A stretch of 64,000 bases of DNA from Cenarchaeum sp. GTDB taxonomy: Archaea > Thermoproteota > Nitrososphaeria > Nitrososphaerales > Nitrosopumilaceae. The number at the start of each line of letters is the position of its first letter. Position 1 is the first letter of the stretch. The notes below the pieces were generated by a model. The model ran no database searches. It had not been told where the DNA came from and saw nothing but the letters and a program-made list of their open reading frames with translations. Below, piece after piece: positions 62,632 to 64,000 of this stretch. Made by a program: the position numbers and the translations under genes. The stretch lies in contig CBDESU010000002.1 in the NCBI GenBank assembly GCA_965242695.1, positions 1,440,001-1,504,000 on the forward strand. The letters run 5' to 3'.

Positions 62632-63381
62632 ATGGTAACGCCCGGCCTTGGCAAGCTGGCAAGGCACCTCTTGAACACGGAGTGGCGGAGGCCGGTCGGC
62701 GGCGCGGATGCGCAGCGCGCCGCCCGGGCCGGCGGCGCGGATGCGCAGCGCGCCGCCACGTGGCGCGACGACTTTCTCGGCGTTGCGTACAGGTACTACG
62801 ACCTGCGCATGAACGTCGTGCCCCTGTTCGCCGAGCGCGCCCCCGCAGTCGATCTGTGGACCGGCGTGATACGAAACTGGATAGATCCGACCATTCGGCT
62901 CAGGTTCGTAGAGTCGGGCGACCGCTACTGGTTCGTCCTTGCGGCCGAGACGCGCGATCCGTACAACAACGTCTCGCTGTACAAGGTCCTGCCCATCTCC
63001 GAGCACTACGAGCGGTTCAAGGGCGGCCACGAGGGGACCGCGTACCTGCGCCTCGGCATCCACGCAAAAAAGCACTTTGACGACGTCAAGGACGATGCGC
63101 TGTGCAACTGCGGCCACGCCCGCGAGGACCACGACGACGGCGAGGATGAGGCTGCGGCGGGGCCGGCCGCCCGCGGCGAGGACGGATCCCTCCTGCACGA
63201 CTGCCTGTACGAGGGGTGCGACTGCGCAGGCTTTGTGAGCTTTCAGGTCACGCTCCTGAGGAAGAAAAAGACGCTCACCGACATTGCGTTCCTGACGGAG
63301 GAAGAGGCAAAGGACGACGCGCTTGCGTGGAACTGCCTCAACGCCAACAAGTACTCTGCGGGGCGCGCGGCGCCTGGCTAG
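62632..63381 (+). CDS. conserved hypothetical protein with C-terminal Cys/His cluster
   Basis: CNCGH..H...C...C.C; TTTAAA box 30 nt upstream; short in-frame duplication GGADAQRAA. Confidence 0.8.
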   Translation: MVTPGLGKLARHLLNTEWRRPVGGADAQRAARAGGADAQRAATWRDDFLGVAYRYYDLRMNVVPLFAERAPAVDLWTGVIRNWIDPTIRLRFVESGDRYWFVLAAETRDPYNNVSLYKVLPISEHYERFKGGHEGTAYLRLGIHAKKHFDDVKDDALCNCGHAREDHDDGEDEAAAGPAARGEDGSLLHDCLYEGCDCAGFVSFQVTLLRKKKTLTDIAFLTEEEAKDDALAWNCLNANKYSAGRAAPG

Positions 63382-63698
63382 GGCGCGGAGTCGCCGCCGC
63401 TGCCTCCGCCGGCCCCGCCGGATGGCGGCCCTCCGGCCCCGCGGCTGTCGGGCCCGCCGCCTGCTCCGTCCCCGGCCCCCTTGGGCCCGCCGCCTGCTCC
63501 GTCCCCGGCCCCCTTGGGCCCGCCTCCGCCCCCTCTCCCGCCGTCCTGCGATCCCATCCTGACATGCTCGCCGGGGTAGAACTCACCGATCAGCCTTGAA
63601 TAGCAGTCGCCGCACAGGGGGCCCTTCATATTCCACTCCCTCATGGGGATGTACCTGCGCTCCAGCTTGGCCTCGCAGGCGGCGCACTTTTCGTCCAC
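63378..63698 (-). CDS. small zinc-finger protein with repetitive Gly-rich tail
   Basis: CAAC...LCGDCY; TTTTTATA box upstream; tail encoded by tandem GGGPKGAGDGA repeats. Confidence 0.75.
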   Translation of the reverse strand: MDEKCAACEAKLERRYIPMREWNMKGPLCGDCYSRLIGEFYPGEHVRMGSQDGGRGGGGGPKGAGDGAGGGPKGAGDGAGGGPDSRGAGGPPSGGAGGGSGGDSAP

Positions 63699-64000
63699 GC
63701 CCCGGCCGCCGGGGGGCCGTATAAAAAACAGGCTCGGGCGGCAGGCAGCGCCGCCATATTCCACGCCGCTGGGACGACGGCGACGCCGCCGCCGGCGGGC
63801 CGCATTGCGCGCGTTGGATCAGTTCTACCAATGTATTTTAAACCCGGCAAGGGTCGGCGCGCCGTTGTCGGAAGATCGGGCGCCGCAATCCGCCGAACCG
63901 CCTGCCGCCGAGAGGGCTGGCAAGGCAGACGATCCCCCCTCCACCGCCGCGAGCGAGCAGCCCGATGCCGCCGCTGCGTCGCCCGATCCCTCCTCCACCG

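Overview
High-GC archaeal DNA, most consistent with a Nitrososphaerota (thaumarchaeal, Nitrosopumilaceae/Cenarchaeum-like, possibly host-associated) genome. This rests on the short archaeal PurA, rpS17e, a histone, a ubiquitin-like::Cgi121 fusion beside Sua5 and THUMP genes, TatD, ThiL, a phosphohexomutase, a cupredoxin, tRNA-Cys, tRNA-Thr and TATA-box promoters. Core blocks (about 10.3-11.3, 18-22, 36.3-37.8, 45.9-50.1, 54.3-57.4 and 60.8-63.7 kb) alternate with accessory regions dense in locally duplicated two-gene modules: (i) three copies of a 123-aa unknown protein translationally coupled to a stand-alone class III nucleotidyl cyclase, the best candidate for an undescribed system; (ii) three DUF5678-like + retropepsin-like aspartyl protease pairs; (iii) four copies of a ~231-aa unknown protein, two of them coupled to PIN nucleases; (iv) RelE-like genes with unusual partners, including a TPR protein; (v) two copies of an NDT/TIR-like gene divergent from a winged-helix regulator; (vi) ImmA/IrrE + DUF4411, ABC/AAA ATPase + PD-(D/E)xK-like, DUF262 and TRAFAC-like GTPase genes. 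Two tandem ~1000-aa NHL-repeat surface proteins share a promoter and a poly-G tract in the leader (G11 in frame, G12 out of frame), which suggests phase variation. A decayed IS6-like element with clear TIRs and an IS630-like remnant are present. No CRISPR array, rRNA, integrase or reverse transcriptase was seen. All family calls come from motif recognition by eye, not database searches, and several single-base frameshifts could be assembly errors.
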